Of a stretch of 64,000 nt of DNA, positions 1 to 13,247 are shown one piece after another. Below the pieces are notes generated by a model, which ran no database searches, had not been told where the DNA came from, and saw nothing but the letters and a program-made list of their open reading frames with translations. Source of the stretch: the human T2T-CHM13v2.0 reference genome, Homo sapiens. Numbering within the stretch: the stretch's first letter is position 1; every line of letters begins with the position of its first letter. The translations under genes and the position numbers were made by a program. The stretch lies in assembly GCF_009914755.1 (NCBI RefSeq), contig NC_060932.1; one strand, given 5' to 3'.

Positions 1-449
1 TGGCTAATAAGCACTTAAAAAGATGCCCAACATCAATACTCAGTAGGAAAATGTATATGCAACCTACAATATAATATCACTTCACACCCAGTAGGGTGAA
101 TGAAATAAAAATGATGGATAATAATAAGTGTTGGTGAGGATAAGCAGAAATGAGAAGCCTCATACATTGCTGGTAAGAATGTAAAATGATACAGAACTTT
201 GAAAAACAGTTTGGCAGTTTTTCAAAATGTTAAATATAGAGTTACTATTTGACCCAGCAATTCTACTCCTAGATATATACCCAAGAGAAGGGAAAACATT
301 TTTGAAACTAAAAATAAAATCCTAAGCCCCTCACTGACTGAATGGACTCCCTTTTGGCCAATGGGACCCCAGAAAAACCCTAATAACTGAATTCCTGGCC
401 ATGATCGGAAGGGAGGCCAGACATAACTCATTTTATCCCCTCCCTCCAC

Positions 450-695
450 TTTTTTTTGGAGACAGGTCCTTGCTCTGTTGCCCAGCACATGGCTAACTGC
501 AGCCTCAACCTCCTAGGCTCAAGCAATCCTCCCATTTCAGCCTCCTGAGTTGCTGGAACCACAAGTGTGTGCCATCATGCAAGGCTAATTTTTTAATTTT
601 TAATTTTTATAGCTACTGGGGTCTCCTCTATTGCCCAGGCTGGTTTTGAACTCCTGAGCTCAAGCAGTCCTCCTGCCTTGCCACCACACTTGGCC
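450..695 (-). mobile_element. AluJ-like, two internal deletions
   Basis: Antisense Alu with poly-T; flanking 'tatcccct' repeated at 434 and 696. Confidence 0.9.
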
Positions 696-789
696 TATCC
701 CCTTTCTTGTGGAGTTTAGGCACAACAACAGACCACAGGGTCAGAACCTTAGCTGTATTAACACATAGACCTTTCTTTCTCCTTGATAG

Positions 790-818
790 ACACACACACA
801 CACACACACACACACACA
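790..818. repeat. (CA)n microsatellite
   Basis: Directly visible. Confidence 0.98.
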
Positions 819-2156
819 TTAATGTTAAAGAAATCCTAATTTGAACAAAACTGACTCTGTGGCAATAAGGAATGAAATTATAAATAAAACCTAGGGCCAT
901 GTGAGACAGGGATTAAGTCACGCCTGCAGGCCAATAATCTTGCTACGTAGCCTCCTTCTCTGAATTTAAAATATTCCTTTCTTTTGACTCCAAGTTTTAC
1001 AGAGAGCCTTGCTCCTTTAACCAATTGAAAATTAAAGAATCTTGGAATACACTTATAACCTGTAAGCTCCCCCTCAAGATAGCCCATCTTTTTGAGCCAA
1101 ACCCATGTATACCTTCCATGTGTTGATCTATGTCTTTGCCTGTAATTCCTGCCTCCCTACACTGTATTAAACCAAACTGTAATCTGATAGCTGCAGGTAC
1201 ACTTTCTCAGGACTTCTGGAGACTGTGTTTTCCCTGGCAAAAGTCACTCACATTGGCTCAAAATAAACCTCTTTAAAATATTTTGGAGTCTGGTTTTTCT
1301 GTTAACAATATTTCCAAACATAAACTTTTAATATGAGTGTTCATGGTACTGTGATTCAAAACAGCCAAGGTGGAAACAACCCAAATTCCCACCAGCTGAT
1401 AAATGGGCCAAGAAATGTGGTATATCCATAAAATGGAATATTATATGGAAATAAAAAGCAATGAAACACTGATATGTGTTACAAAATGGATGAACCTTAA
1501 ACAAAGTATGCTAAGTGAAAGAAGCCAGACAGCAAAGGCTGCATATTGTATGATTTCATTTACATGAAATGTCCAGAATAGGCAAATCCAAAGAGATAGA
1601 AAACAGATGATGGTTGCCAGAGGTTGAGGGGGAAGGGGGGAAAAGAGTAATTGCTAATGGGTATGGGCTTTCTTTTTGGGGTGATAAAAATGTTCTAAAA
1701 TTAGATAGTGATAATGGTTGCATGATTTTGTGAAAATACTTAAGACCATTTAATTGTATACTTTTAAAGGGTGAATTTTATGGTGTGTTATATCTCAATA
1801 AATCTGTGACAAAAAATATAGTTGAGGTCTTGTGATGTAAAAGGGCAGAGCAGGAATAGTTCCTTTATCAGGCATGCTCACCTTCCAAGAGAGATCCCTT
1901 TGGAATCACAAGGAAGAGGAGTAACTTAGAAAAACTTTGAGATATGTTACTAGATTCCATTATATTGCTTGGAGACCTCTGCCCTAAAATACTCGTGTCC
2001 TGAAGACTTTGCCAAATTAAATTCAGAAAATTAATTTAAACCTGAATTGGGAAAAATACTCAGGAGGAAAGGTATTCATGTCACTGAGCCCCTTTTGACA
2101 TGATAGACAGAATGAGGAACTGATACAGATGGGATGAATAGGAAGAGATGCCATCA

Positions 2157-2368
2157 AACTAAGAATGACACGGTGGACTTTGGGGACTCGGGGGGAAAGG
2201 GTGGGAAGGGGCTGAGGGATAAAAGACTGCAAATTGGGTGTAGTGTATACTGCTTGGGAGATGGGTGCACTAAAGTCTCACAAATCACCACTAAAGAACA
2301 TGCTCATGTAACCAAACACCACCTATTTCCCAATAACCAATGGAAATAAGAGATTTTTTTTTTTAAAA
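2157..2368 (+). mobile_element. 5'-truncated L1PB-like 3' end
   Basis: 'gactttggggactcggggggaaagggtggga...tcaccactaaagaac'; 17-bp TSD aggaagagatgc(c/t)atca at 2140-2156 and 2369-2385. Confidence 0.9.
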
Positions 2369-2979
2369 AGGAAGAGATGCTATCACAAAAAATTTGCAGA
2401 TTTCATGATTGAGGGTATCTTTGCTCATTATTCCTATGAAAGACGTGAGCTTCTGCCTCTCAGTCCAAATGAAGATGGATGTGTGTATCTGCTGGAAGGT
2501 AACAGCATTCCAGCTGGCTGTTGAGCTTAAGGAATCTGGAATTCAGACTTAATCAACAGCAAATACAGTTATCCACGCTCTCTGTTGCTTGTCCAGGTCA
2601 CCCTGAAGAGGCCACCAGCTGGTGTTTCAGGATTGAGCTGATAAGATATTGTTATCTGCCAGTCTTCATTTTTAAGCAAAAAAAAAAAAAAAAAAAAAAA
2701 AAGATTCAAATGAACATAGGGATTCTTGTTTTTGGCTCTCAGTGTGTGAAGGTGAAGAAACAGTTTAGAGTTTAAAGGCTAGAGGGTTAGAAAATGGAAG
2801 TGCTCACAGGACATCTGCTCCTCTACTAGGTGGAAGAAACGTGTCTAAGAAAGGTGTGTACCCCTTCCTCTCCTTTACGTCCCCAATATCTTGGGTTAGG
2901 TTCTCCCATGTCCAATCCTGTCTCTGAAATGTCCCTTGACAAGTTTATCGGGCTTCACTTTTTTGTTACTCTACTGTAA

Positions 2980-3750
<771 letters not shown>

Positions 3751-3778
3751 TTGCATGTTTCTTCTTTCTCTGTCTCTC

Positions 3779-3781
<3 letters not shown>

Positions 3782-3831
<50 letters not shown>
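3782..3831. repeat. (CA)n microsatellite, about 25 units
   Basis: Directly visible. Confidence 0.98.
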
Positions 3832-3834
<3 letters not shown>

Positions 3835-3906
3835 GAGATCTACATCTGTATCTATATCTACCCACATTTTCTTTAATGAAGAGGGTAGACACTTGGGCCA
3901 GAAATG

Positions 3907-3937
<31 letters not shown>

Positions 3938-4729
3938 AGGCTAAAATGATGAAATTGAGACTGGGAAAAGGTTGTGCTCAAACTGGAATTTGTACCTTTT
4001 ACTTTTCTCTCTGAAAATGAAGGGCACCAAAAACGAAGGTGCCAAGAATGAAGGCAGTGAGCAATGCCAGAATCGTCAGGGGCTTTTGTGATTTGAAAAT
4101 GGCGCCCTTAGCAGGAAATTAAACTGAGCTCATTATCTCATTAACTTTTGACAGGAGAGGGAATATTCCACTGAAATTGTATTATCTTTCTGATATGACA
4201 AGTTGGTAACAACCTGGGATTTTGAAAGATGCTTTGTTTCCTTAGCAAGAAATTCCACCAATACAAATGAGTATCCATGGAGAGGAATTCCATTTTAGAA
4301 AGATCCTTAGAAAGGCAGGAACCATGCATGCCTAAATTGCTTTGTGTGCATGATGAATCCCAATGGTTGATAAAGGTATCCTTCCATTAAGATTAAATCT
4401 TACCACCAACATATTGGAGTGGTTAAAAACTGCTCTACAAGATAATTGTGCATGACCAACCTTTTTCCTTCTCCCAAGAGATCCTTTGAAATGCAGATAA
4501 CAATCTCAGCATGCTTATTAGCTGGCACCATTTTTAATGTCCTTCAGCTTCTAAAGGGATATTACAAATTCTATGTTTGATCAAATGGTTTACATTATGG
4601 CCTTGTTTTTCAAAGATGGGAGGAGGTATATTGGAATTCTTAAAATTACCTGTTGATCAGACAGGCACTTACTTTATGAACTAGAAGGCATCTCTGTTTT
4701 TGGGGGAAATCATTTTATTTCTAAAGGTG

Positions 4730-4830
4730 GGAGGCAATGTGATACAGTGGGAAGAAAAATGGGTTTCAAGTCAGAGACATGGGTTTTCATTCTAGGTCTT
4801 CTGCAAGTTTGCTTAACTTTGATATCAATT
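4730..4830 (+). mobile_element. MIR fragment
   Basis: 'gaggcaatgtgatacagtgggaaga...aagtcagagacatgggtt' resembles the MIR 5' part. Confidence 0.5.
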
Positions 4831-4916
4831 CTTTTAACTAGGGCATATGCCATAAAAGGTTGGGCCAGGTGGGGTGAGGAGAAGGCTACCAAATGTGATC
4901 AAAATGGTAGAGCACT

Positions 4917-5230
4917 GGCTGGGCATGGTGTGTGGCTCACGCCTGTAATCCCAGCACTTTGGGAGGATGAGCTGGGTGGGTCATCTGAGGTCAGGAGTTC
5001 CAGACCAGACTGGCCAACATGGTGAAACCCCATCTCTACTAAAATACAAAAAAATTAGTGGGGCATGGTGGCGGGCATCTGTAATCCCAGCTACTTGGGA
5101 GGCTGAGGCAGGAGAATTGTTTGAACCCGGGAGGCGGAGGTTGGTTGCGGTGAGCCCAGATCATGCCACTGCACTCCAGCCTGGGCAACAAGAGCAAGAC
5201 TCTGTCTCAAAAAAAAAAAAAAAAAAAAAA
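4917..5230 (+). mobile_element. AluS
   Basis: Dimeric Alu with poly-A; flanks both end in 'gagcact'. Confidence 0.95.
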
Positions 5231-6169
5231 GTGGAGCACTTTCCTGGCCCACAAAGGTCTTTCTGTGTTAGTCTGGCAGGGGAGGTCCTATCATATGCTC
5301 AGCAAATATTATGAGGAATGATTTTATTTGATGCCTTTCAAATACTCTTCTCTTTATATTCTGTTAAAACTTTTGATTAATATTGAGAGGTAAAGAGTTC
5401 GATATTTTTAAATTCCTTAATGATTATCATCACAGTTTTGCAGGGTGAATACCAATAAATACCCCACTTTGGATGTGACAGAAAAAAGCTGAGAAGGCCC
5501 CCAGAGAGGTCAGTTTCTCAAATAGCGGGTGTCTACGTCTGTGTGAAGGCAAGGTGAGAGGGTGCTACCAGGCTGGCTCTCAATTCCCTTTAGGAAATTA
5601 TTTTAAATCTGCTTTAGTTCACAAAGCAATGAGCGCTTATATTCGAGAAACTGAAATCATACTCTCTTTACTAAATACAGGTTTTTCTTTCTGTATTTTT
5701 TATAACAAGATCAGCACATAGCCAGCACAATAAAGAGGTCACAAATAAACAAGTTTAAAGAGTATAGAAAACTATAAATTCTCTCTAGGATCTCTACAAA
5801 AAGTTAAATATCTGCCGCTTGGAAATAAAGGACAACAGGGCTAACAAGATTTCTAGGAAGAACGATACATAGTTGTTCAGAGCTGTCACAGTCATGGGTG
5901 GGGAGAGCAACTGCTCAGCATCTGCAGTTAACTTTGTACTGAGATGAAAAGGTAGCAACATCTGAATGAATGTTACAGGTGGCTGAATTAATTACCTCCA
6001 AATCCCAACACCCCAAAACATCCGGTGCTGGGATTAGGGAATCAGAGCTAGTTTACTAGTGAATCCCAAACCTCAGACCTGATTTGGATTCAAATTGGAA
6101 CTGTTGCAGATTGGTTAAGATGGGAAAAGGATTAGGGAAATGTGGGGGATGGATATGTTCTTTCTCCTC

Positions 6170-6385
6170 TGGGAACAATGACTATCTCTCTTTTATTTCT
6201 TTTCTCTTTGTTCTCTTTCTCTTTGTCTCTTCAATTTGGCGGTCCCCTTTTTCTTTTCTTCTTCCCTCAATTCATCTGTCTCCTTATTCCATGGGATGTC
6301 TGTTGCCCATCTTTCTATTTCTATTGGCCTCCTCTTCACCCATTGCTCTAGCTCAATTCTTTTTCTACTTCCCACTTTCTTTGAT
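6170..6385. repeat. Pyrimidine-rich low-complexity tract
   Basis: C/T-dominated run; explains the overlapping F/L/S-rich ORFs. Confidence 0.8.
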
Positions 6386-6944
6386 TTATGGGGTTTCTAT
6401 TGCTTAAAGGCACAAATGTACTGCTCGATAAGTTTCTTTCCATTCCAGACACATTGGATTTAACTAAACAATACTGCCAAGACAAAGGTGAGAATATTAA
6501 AGGTGAAAATTAACAGCCACTAAAGAAGAATGTCAAACTCATGGTAGAAGAGACAATTTTCTTTAAAAGAATTTCTTTTGCCTTCATTTCCTGGTGATGA
6601 GAGAGAGAATGTTCAAAGGCCACATTAATGTAGCACAGATGAACCCACTACTGGCTGAGCACATCTCAGTGGCTGGTGGGGCTTTATTTTCGTGAGGACT
6701 AAACACCCCAACATCAAATCGAGAATCACTGGGAATCCTCAACTTCCACGGCGATGTTTCTCATGGGGAAAGATGAGATTTAAGGGGAAAGGAAATCAGG
6801 TGAATCTATTATATGTAGAGTTTTAGAATTAGGGATGAGATGGGGTTAAAGAGAAAAAAAATTTTGGATACAGCAGAGTATGGTGTTATTCCCAATTTAT
6901 CTTTAGCTTGAGCCTCCCTGGGTACAGGTGTTAGATTAATAAAT

Positions 6945-7187
6945 GATGGCATTTATAATGAACTGGATTTTGGAGTCAGACAGACCTAGGTTTGAATTTT
7001 CATTTGGCCACTTATAAACTGTTTGACTTTGGGAATATTAGTTAAATTTCCTAAGCTTTGGTCTACTTACCTAAAAAGGGAGATGATAAAACCTCGATGG
7101 ATTGCAGAGAATACTAATGAGAGAATACACGTGAAGTGCCAGGAACACAGTATGTGTTCAGTAAATCATAGTGACTGTTATTACTGT
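6945..7187 (+). mobile_element. MIR (MIRb-like), near full length
   Basis: 'tggagtcagacagacctaggtttgaat' core and 'tcagtaaat...tattact' tail. Confidence 0.8.
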
Positions 7188-7299
7188 TTCATGGAAAAAA
7201 GGCCCATGTAAATGTTTTGATCACACTAAAATACCTTGCCCCTGAAATAGTCACCTGAGCCTGCAAATTGTTTTAGAAAGAATGTTTTATATAAATACA

Positions 7300-7590
7300 G
7301 CCAGTCATGGTGGCTTACACCTGTAATCCCAGCACTTTGGGAGGCTGAGACGGGTGGATCACTTGAGGTCAGGAGTTTGAGACCAGACTGGCCAACATGG
7401 TGAAACCCCGTTTCTACTAAAAATACAAAAATTAGCTGGGCATTGTGGCAGGCACCTGTAATTCCAGCTACTCAGGGAGGCTGAGGTGAGAGGATTGCTT
7501 GAACTCAGGAGGTGGAGGTTTCAGTGAGCCAAGATTGTGCCACTGCACTCCAGCCTGGGAGACAGAGAAAGAATCCATCTCAAAAAAAAA
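7300..7590 (+). mobile_element. AluS
   Basis: 19-bp TSD aatgttttatataaataca at 7281 and 7590. Confidence 0.95.
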
Positions 7591-7671
7591 ATGTTTTATA
7601 TAAATACAAATGAGGAATTATCTGGCAGGGTTTTATATTTTAATGGAACAGCTTAGAATGATGTCTTAGAC

Positions 7672-8006
7672 CAGGGGTCAACACATTTTTCCTGAAAAGA
7701 GTCAGATACATATTTTTGGCTTTGTGGGCCATACAGTCTCCATTGCTGCTACTCAAATCTGCTATTGCATCATGGAAGCCCTTATAGATGGTATGTAAAT
7801 GAATAAGTGTGGCTGTGTTCCAACAAAACTTTATTTATGGCTGCTAAAATTAGGATTCCACATACTTTTCCTGTATCACAAAATATTTTTCATTTGATTT
7901 TCTTTCTAACCATTTAAAAATGCAAACACCATTTTTAGCAAGTGGGCAGTGTAAAAACTGGCAGTTGGCTGGATTTGACCTGTGGGCTGTAGTTTGATGA
8001 CCCCTG
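7672..8006. mobile_element. MER58B-like hAT MITE
   Basis: TIRs caggggtc...gacccctg; 8-bp TSD tcttagac/tcttacac. Confidence 0.9.
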
Positions 8007-8029
8007 TCTTACACCTTCAAGATCCTAAG

Positions 8030-8180
8030 ACATCAGTTTGCTTCCTTTTTCAGGTCACAGAGGAGGACTCAGAAGCACAGAGGCATTCTGTGACATGGCT
8101 GGAGTTATCTCTTAGCTCAATAGCAGAGCTGGGATTAGAACCTGAATCTTGTAGCAACTGGTCTAGTGACTTTTAGTGCT
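8030..8180 (-). mobile_element. MIR fragment
   Basis: 'gcagagctgggattagaacc' antisense MIR core. Confidence 0.65.
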
Positions 8181-8339
8181 GATGTCTTTCTGCTGGCTTT
8201 AGTTTCTTCTTTGCCCTCAACCTTCCCTTAATCTTGATACTTTTCATGTTGTTTGCTTCTCTTTGAATACGTTCTCAGTCTTTTTGTGTGTCGATTTCTG
8301 CAGAGACCCCACTGCTTAGCAAAGAAGGAAAACTGAAAT

Positions 8340-8940
<601 letters not shown>

Positions 8941-9617
8941 TCTTAGCCTGTCATTTCTTCACGGCACACATAGATGTGATTTATAAATATTTTGAAAAGA
9001 TTTTCTTGTTTCACTTAGAAATGTATTTGATAAATAAAAATGTTTGCTCAAAAGGTGACAGCAATGACCACTGGTTTAGGACAAGTAGTTAGACTTTACC
9101 TTTTTACCTGGATGGTTTTGTATTTGAAAACAGCCTTGAGGGGCAACTCTGAAATTTTGGAGGGGGACTGAATAGAGATTTTCGAGTGCCTCTAGGATGG
9201 GCTATACATTCTCAAATTTTAAATATGTGGCTGTTTAATGCCTCCTGGAACCTTGTATTGCTTTTTTTTCTCCATCCAACAAAGAGCTAACAATCATGGC
9301 AGTTATTTTGTTTATTGAAAAGGGGTGTGTTTCCTCATTTCACTGATATCCAAAGCAATAGTTTTCTCCTAAGGTGCTGCCTCTCTAAGACAGTTTAGAA
9401 CTGAAGGGTAGGAAACCATAGCTATAATTGGTGACAGTGGGGAGGAGAGAAGGGTTCCAGTGACAGTGACAAAGTATTTGGACAGAAACCAGCTAAATTA
9501 GAAGTTTCTAGGGTGGGACACTTAGAATAAGCCAGACTAGTTTCATGAGAATGAACTGGAAGCATGCTGATTTCTGGACTTCATCTCAATGGATCTGGAG
9601 TTGGATATGGGATTACG

Positions 9618-9618
<1 letters not shown>

Positions 9619-9650
<32 letters not shown>

Positions 9651-9912
9651 ACAAGGATTCACTCTGTTGCCGATGCAGTGGTGTGATCATAACTCACTGC
9701 AGCCTCGAATTCATGGAACTCCTGGGTTCAAGCCATCCTTCTGCCTCAGCCTTCTGAGTAGCTGGGACCACAGGCATGTGCCAACATGCTAATTTTTTAA
9801 TTTTGTAGAGATGGGGTCTCTTTATGTTGCTCAGGCTGGTCTCCAACTCTGGTGCTCAAGTAATCCTCCTGCTTTGGCCTCCCAAAGTGCTGGGATTATA
9901 GGTGTGAGCCAT
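9619..9912 (-). mobile_element. AluJ
   Basis: Poly-T plus 'actcactgcagcctcgaa', J-type diagnostics. Confidence 0.9.
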
Positions 9913-9933
9913 TGGGAAATATGCATTTTAACA

Positions 9934-10249
9934 ATTTTATTTATTTTTTATTATTATAATTTTTTTGAGACAAGGTTTTACTCTTTTACCCAGGCTGCAA
10001 TGCGGTGGCACCATCTTGGCTTACTGCAACTTCCACCTCCCGGGCTCAAGCCATCCTCCCACTTCAGCCTCCTGGGTAGCTAGACCTACAGGCATGGGCC
10101 ACCATGCCTGGCTAATTGTTGTATTTTTTGTAAAGATGGGGTTTCACCATGTTGGCCAGGCTGGTCTTGAACTCCTGAGCTCAAGGCAATCCGTCTACCT
10201 CGGCCATCCAAAGTGCTGGGATTACAGGGCTGAGCCACCACACTTGGCT
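9934..10249 (-). mobile_element. AluJ
   Basis: Antisense Alu with degenerate T-rich tail. Confidence 0.9.
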
Positions 10250-10723
10250 GGGAATATGCAATTTTAAAAGCCACACAGATGCTTCTGATGCTTGGTTCGG
10301 TTTGGGAAGCACTAGTCCACACCATTTCTTAGCTCACAGTTTTATCAAGACTCTTTTAGAATTCCCAGGGAGACCCCCTTTAGGGAGTGTTGAGCCCCAG
10401 CTAGGGGACCCTATAAAGGGTGCTCTATATTGGCATGGAAGCAATAGAAACTGCAAAAATTTAAAATGGAAATACAAGCAAAACTATAGTTTCTATAGAT
10501 GGGGCAAAATCTCTATGAAGGAAGACACCAATGCCAGAGGATTCTTGGCCATTAACATGCAAGAGATTAACCTGTGGCACAGTATATTTAAACATGCACC
10601 TTCTTTTGCCCCATCAAAGATATCTTAGTCATATTTTCTTGGGCAGATCTTGAGTATCTGTACTTAGGTTAGGATTGGTAACCACTGTACTTGTGTATTT
10701 CTGGGGTTCTGTAAGGAGTAATT

Positions 10724-11027
10724 TTTTGTTTGTTTGTTTGTTTGAGACAGGATCTCACTCTGTCAGCCAGGCTGGTGTGCAGTGGCACGATCTCAGCTCA
10801 CTGCAACCTTGACCTCCTGTGCTCAAACGGTCTTCCCACCTCAGCCTTCCTTGTAGCTGGGACTACAGGCACACACCACCAATCCCAGCTAACATATTTG
10901 TATTTTTTGTAGAGATAGGGTTTCACCATGTCGCGCAGGCTGGTCTTGAACTCCTGGACTCAAGCAATCCACCTACCTCGGCCTGTCAAAGTGCTGGGAT
11001 TATATAAATGAGCCACTGTGCTTGGCC
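10724..11027 (-). mobile_element. AluJ
   Basis: TSD aggagtaatt at 10714 and 11028; (TTTG)n tail. Confidence 0.93.
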
Positions 11028-11234
11028 AGGAGTAATTCTTAAACTTTTTCCATTTCAGGTATACTTTGAGCACTGTCATATTTCTTACCCAGCCTTCCTG
11101 TTCTCATTGACCACTTTTCTTTAAAATTAAAATTAAAAAAAACATTTTAAATAAACGCAATGCTTACTTCCCCTAGTATAGAAACCACTGCTTCTACTCG
11201 ATAGGAAGTATGGTAAATATGCCCCAAACATAGG

Positions 11235-12200
11235 TGTGATCAACTTTTTCCCTCCCAGCAGCATATGTTGCTTCTCACATTCAGAGGTGAAGTGTATTTC
11301 CCCTCTCCTTGAACCTGGGCTGGTTTGAAATGGGCTTTGACCCATAGCATGCTGTGGAGTGATGTGGTGCCAGGTCTGGCACCTCCCAACTCCATCTGCT
11401 TGGAAACCAGCCACTATATGCAATGTCTAGCTGTGTTGAGACCATCGGGCTGTGACCATAATGCCACCACATGGAGAGGTCATATAGAGGAAGAGAGACA
11501 TCCAGTGGTAGGGGGAAATTTTGTCTTGAACTGTCTTATTAAGGATATTTTTATTCAAGGATGTTTGTATAGCAAACATCCTTGGAAGATAGAGATAGGG
11601 TCTCCTTCCTGAGCAGAGGGCAGATTTGTTTCCTGATCAGGGCAATAAAGAGAAAGTCTTCTCCTGGGAGGAAGGTTGGGCATCTTTGCTAGAAGCTCCC
11701 TTACAGGATTGGGAGCATCCTAAGCTCAGAGCTTCTCAGCAGTGGGACAATCCCACTGTGTGAGCAGCATCTGCTTGGGCCACTCTTTGTTGCTCTCATG
11801 AGACATAAGTGGGTGGGAGGTGGGGACGAGGGGCAAGGAGAACTCATGCAAACATACAACTCATGCTGACTCCTGTGCCATGAATAATAAAAATAATAAA
11901 TAATAAATAAAAAATAAAGTTCTTTGTCCCTCACATAGGACTTCTCCCTGCATCCATGAATGTGACAGACTAATTTGTTAACTTGTAAGTAGGGTATTGT
12001 CTCAGATCCTTCACAGTTCTTGACATCTGGTCAGCTCCTAGCTGCTGACACTAGCCTAAGGGAGACAGCAGATATATGAGTGATGCAGCCATCTTGGCAT
12101 TTCAGCCCCAGCAGATACTACATGAACCAGAACTGCCCAGCTAAGCCCAGTCCAGATTTCAAATTAATGAGAAATAATAACTTGTTTTAAGCTGTTTGAT
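11235..12200 (+). mobile_element. MLT1 (MaLR) LTR split by another LTR
   Basis: 'cccctctccttgaacctgggctgg' 5' part and 'gaactgcccagctaagcccag...ttgttttaagc' 3' part. Confidence 0.75.
11506..12025 (+). mobile_element. ERVL-class solo LTR (MER77-like)
   Basis: TG...CA ends, AATAAA near 11915, 3' end 'tcagatccttcacagttcttgaca'; 5-bp TSD tccag/tctgg. Confidence 0.7.
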
Positions 12201-12339
12201 AATCATCTATCTAGTAAATCATTGAAATGGGGAGCAGAGCTGTTTTCTTCTCCTTCCAAGGGAAGCCCAAATAGCTCCCATAGTCCTTTCTGTTCATTAC
12301 TCATAAATTCCTACATACCTGGCATCATACATTAACATC

Positions 12340-12680
12340 CAAATAGATCTGCCTGTATCCTAAATATAAAGATTTCAAAATTAAGCATTCAGGCTTCACA
12401 ACTGCCAATGGCCTCCATTGCTGGCAGGACAACATTTAAGGTCCTCTCTGTCTGCCTCCATCCCCTCTACCTGATGTTATTATTCATAACTACTTCCCCA
12501 TCAGAGGTTTTTGTTTGATCCTACCTTGTGCATGTTATTTTCTTTCTTGATTTGAAACCTTAACTACTACTGTTTCTTTGGACTGGAATGCCCTCCCTCT
12601 GTCACTACTAAATGACACCCACTCTTCCAGCTCACACCCTTTTCAGTACCTTTTCTGCATCTCTGTGGTGGTTATTATTA
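12340..12680 (+). mobile_element. L2 fragment
   Basis: 'caatggcctccattgc' and 'ctggaatgccctccc' L2-like motifs. Confidence 0.5.
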
Positions 12681-13247
12681 ATATTGGATGGATTATTAAT
12701 CACACAATGATTTGTATTGTATTCTAAATTAAAACTAGCTTTTAAAAATATACAAAAGCAAATGTATTCATTGTAAAACAAATTCAGAACTACAGCTCTT
12801 CAAATTAAAAAGAAAAAACTTTTTCTGTCTCCCATATCTAACCCCTGATCTCTTGCCCTTCTATTTTCTAACCTTTTCATACGCACATGAGCACATATGC
12901 ACATAAATTCACAGGTGATCATTTTATTATTATATATGTACAAGTGAATGAAAAAGCATTAATACTTTTAAAAAGTATGTAATTTATTTTAGTTTTATGT
13001 GAAGTTACTGTATTACAGGTGTCATTGACAACATTCTCAGTGCTCAAATTACCTAACAAGAATGGATGTGGGTGATATCACTAAGTCTGAAGAACTGAAA
13101 ATGGCTTTAACCAAAATAATTTCTTCACATCTGATGCACTGTGACTAAAAATTAAATAATGGCAATGTAGTAAATCTTTTGGGTCAAAGGTTATGCACAT
13201 TTGGAAGGCTTTTGACAAATATTGTTAAATTACATTTTTAAAAAAAA

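Larger units (their letters stand above)
303..1307 (+). mobile_element. MER4-family (ERV1) solo LTR containing an Alu and a (CA)n
   Basis: Starts 'tgaaactaaaaataaaatcctaagcccc' (MER4-type 5' end), has AATAAA near 1262 and ends 'ttttctgttaaca'. Confidence 0.8.
1..1817 (+). mobile_element. Old L1 (L1MB-like) ORF2 3' end and 3' UTR, split by a MER4-family LTR
   Basis: L1 motifs 'tttgacccagcaattctactcctagatatatacccaagaga' (248-288) continue at 1308 and end in 'tatatctcaataaa' near 1800. Confidence 0.85.
9540..10317. mobile_element. MER5-like hAT fossil interrupted by two tandem Alus
   Basis: 'gaatatgcaattttaaaagc...cagatgcttctgatgc...tttgggaagcactag' is MER5-type. Confidence 0.55.

Noticed and set aside
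6084-6463. Hydrophobic, membrane-protein-like ORFs
   Set aside because: They result from a C/T low-complexity tract and appear in several frames at once.
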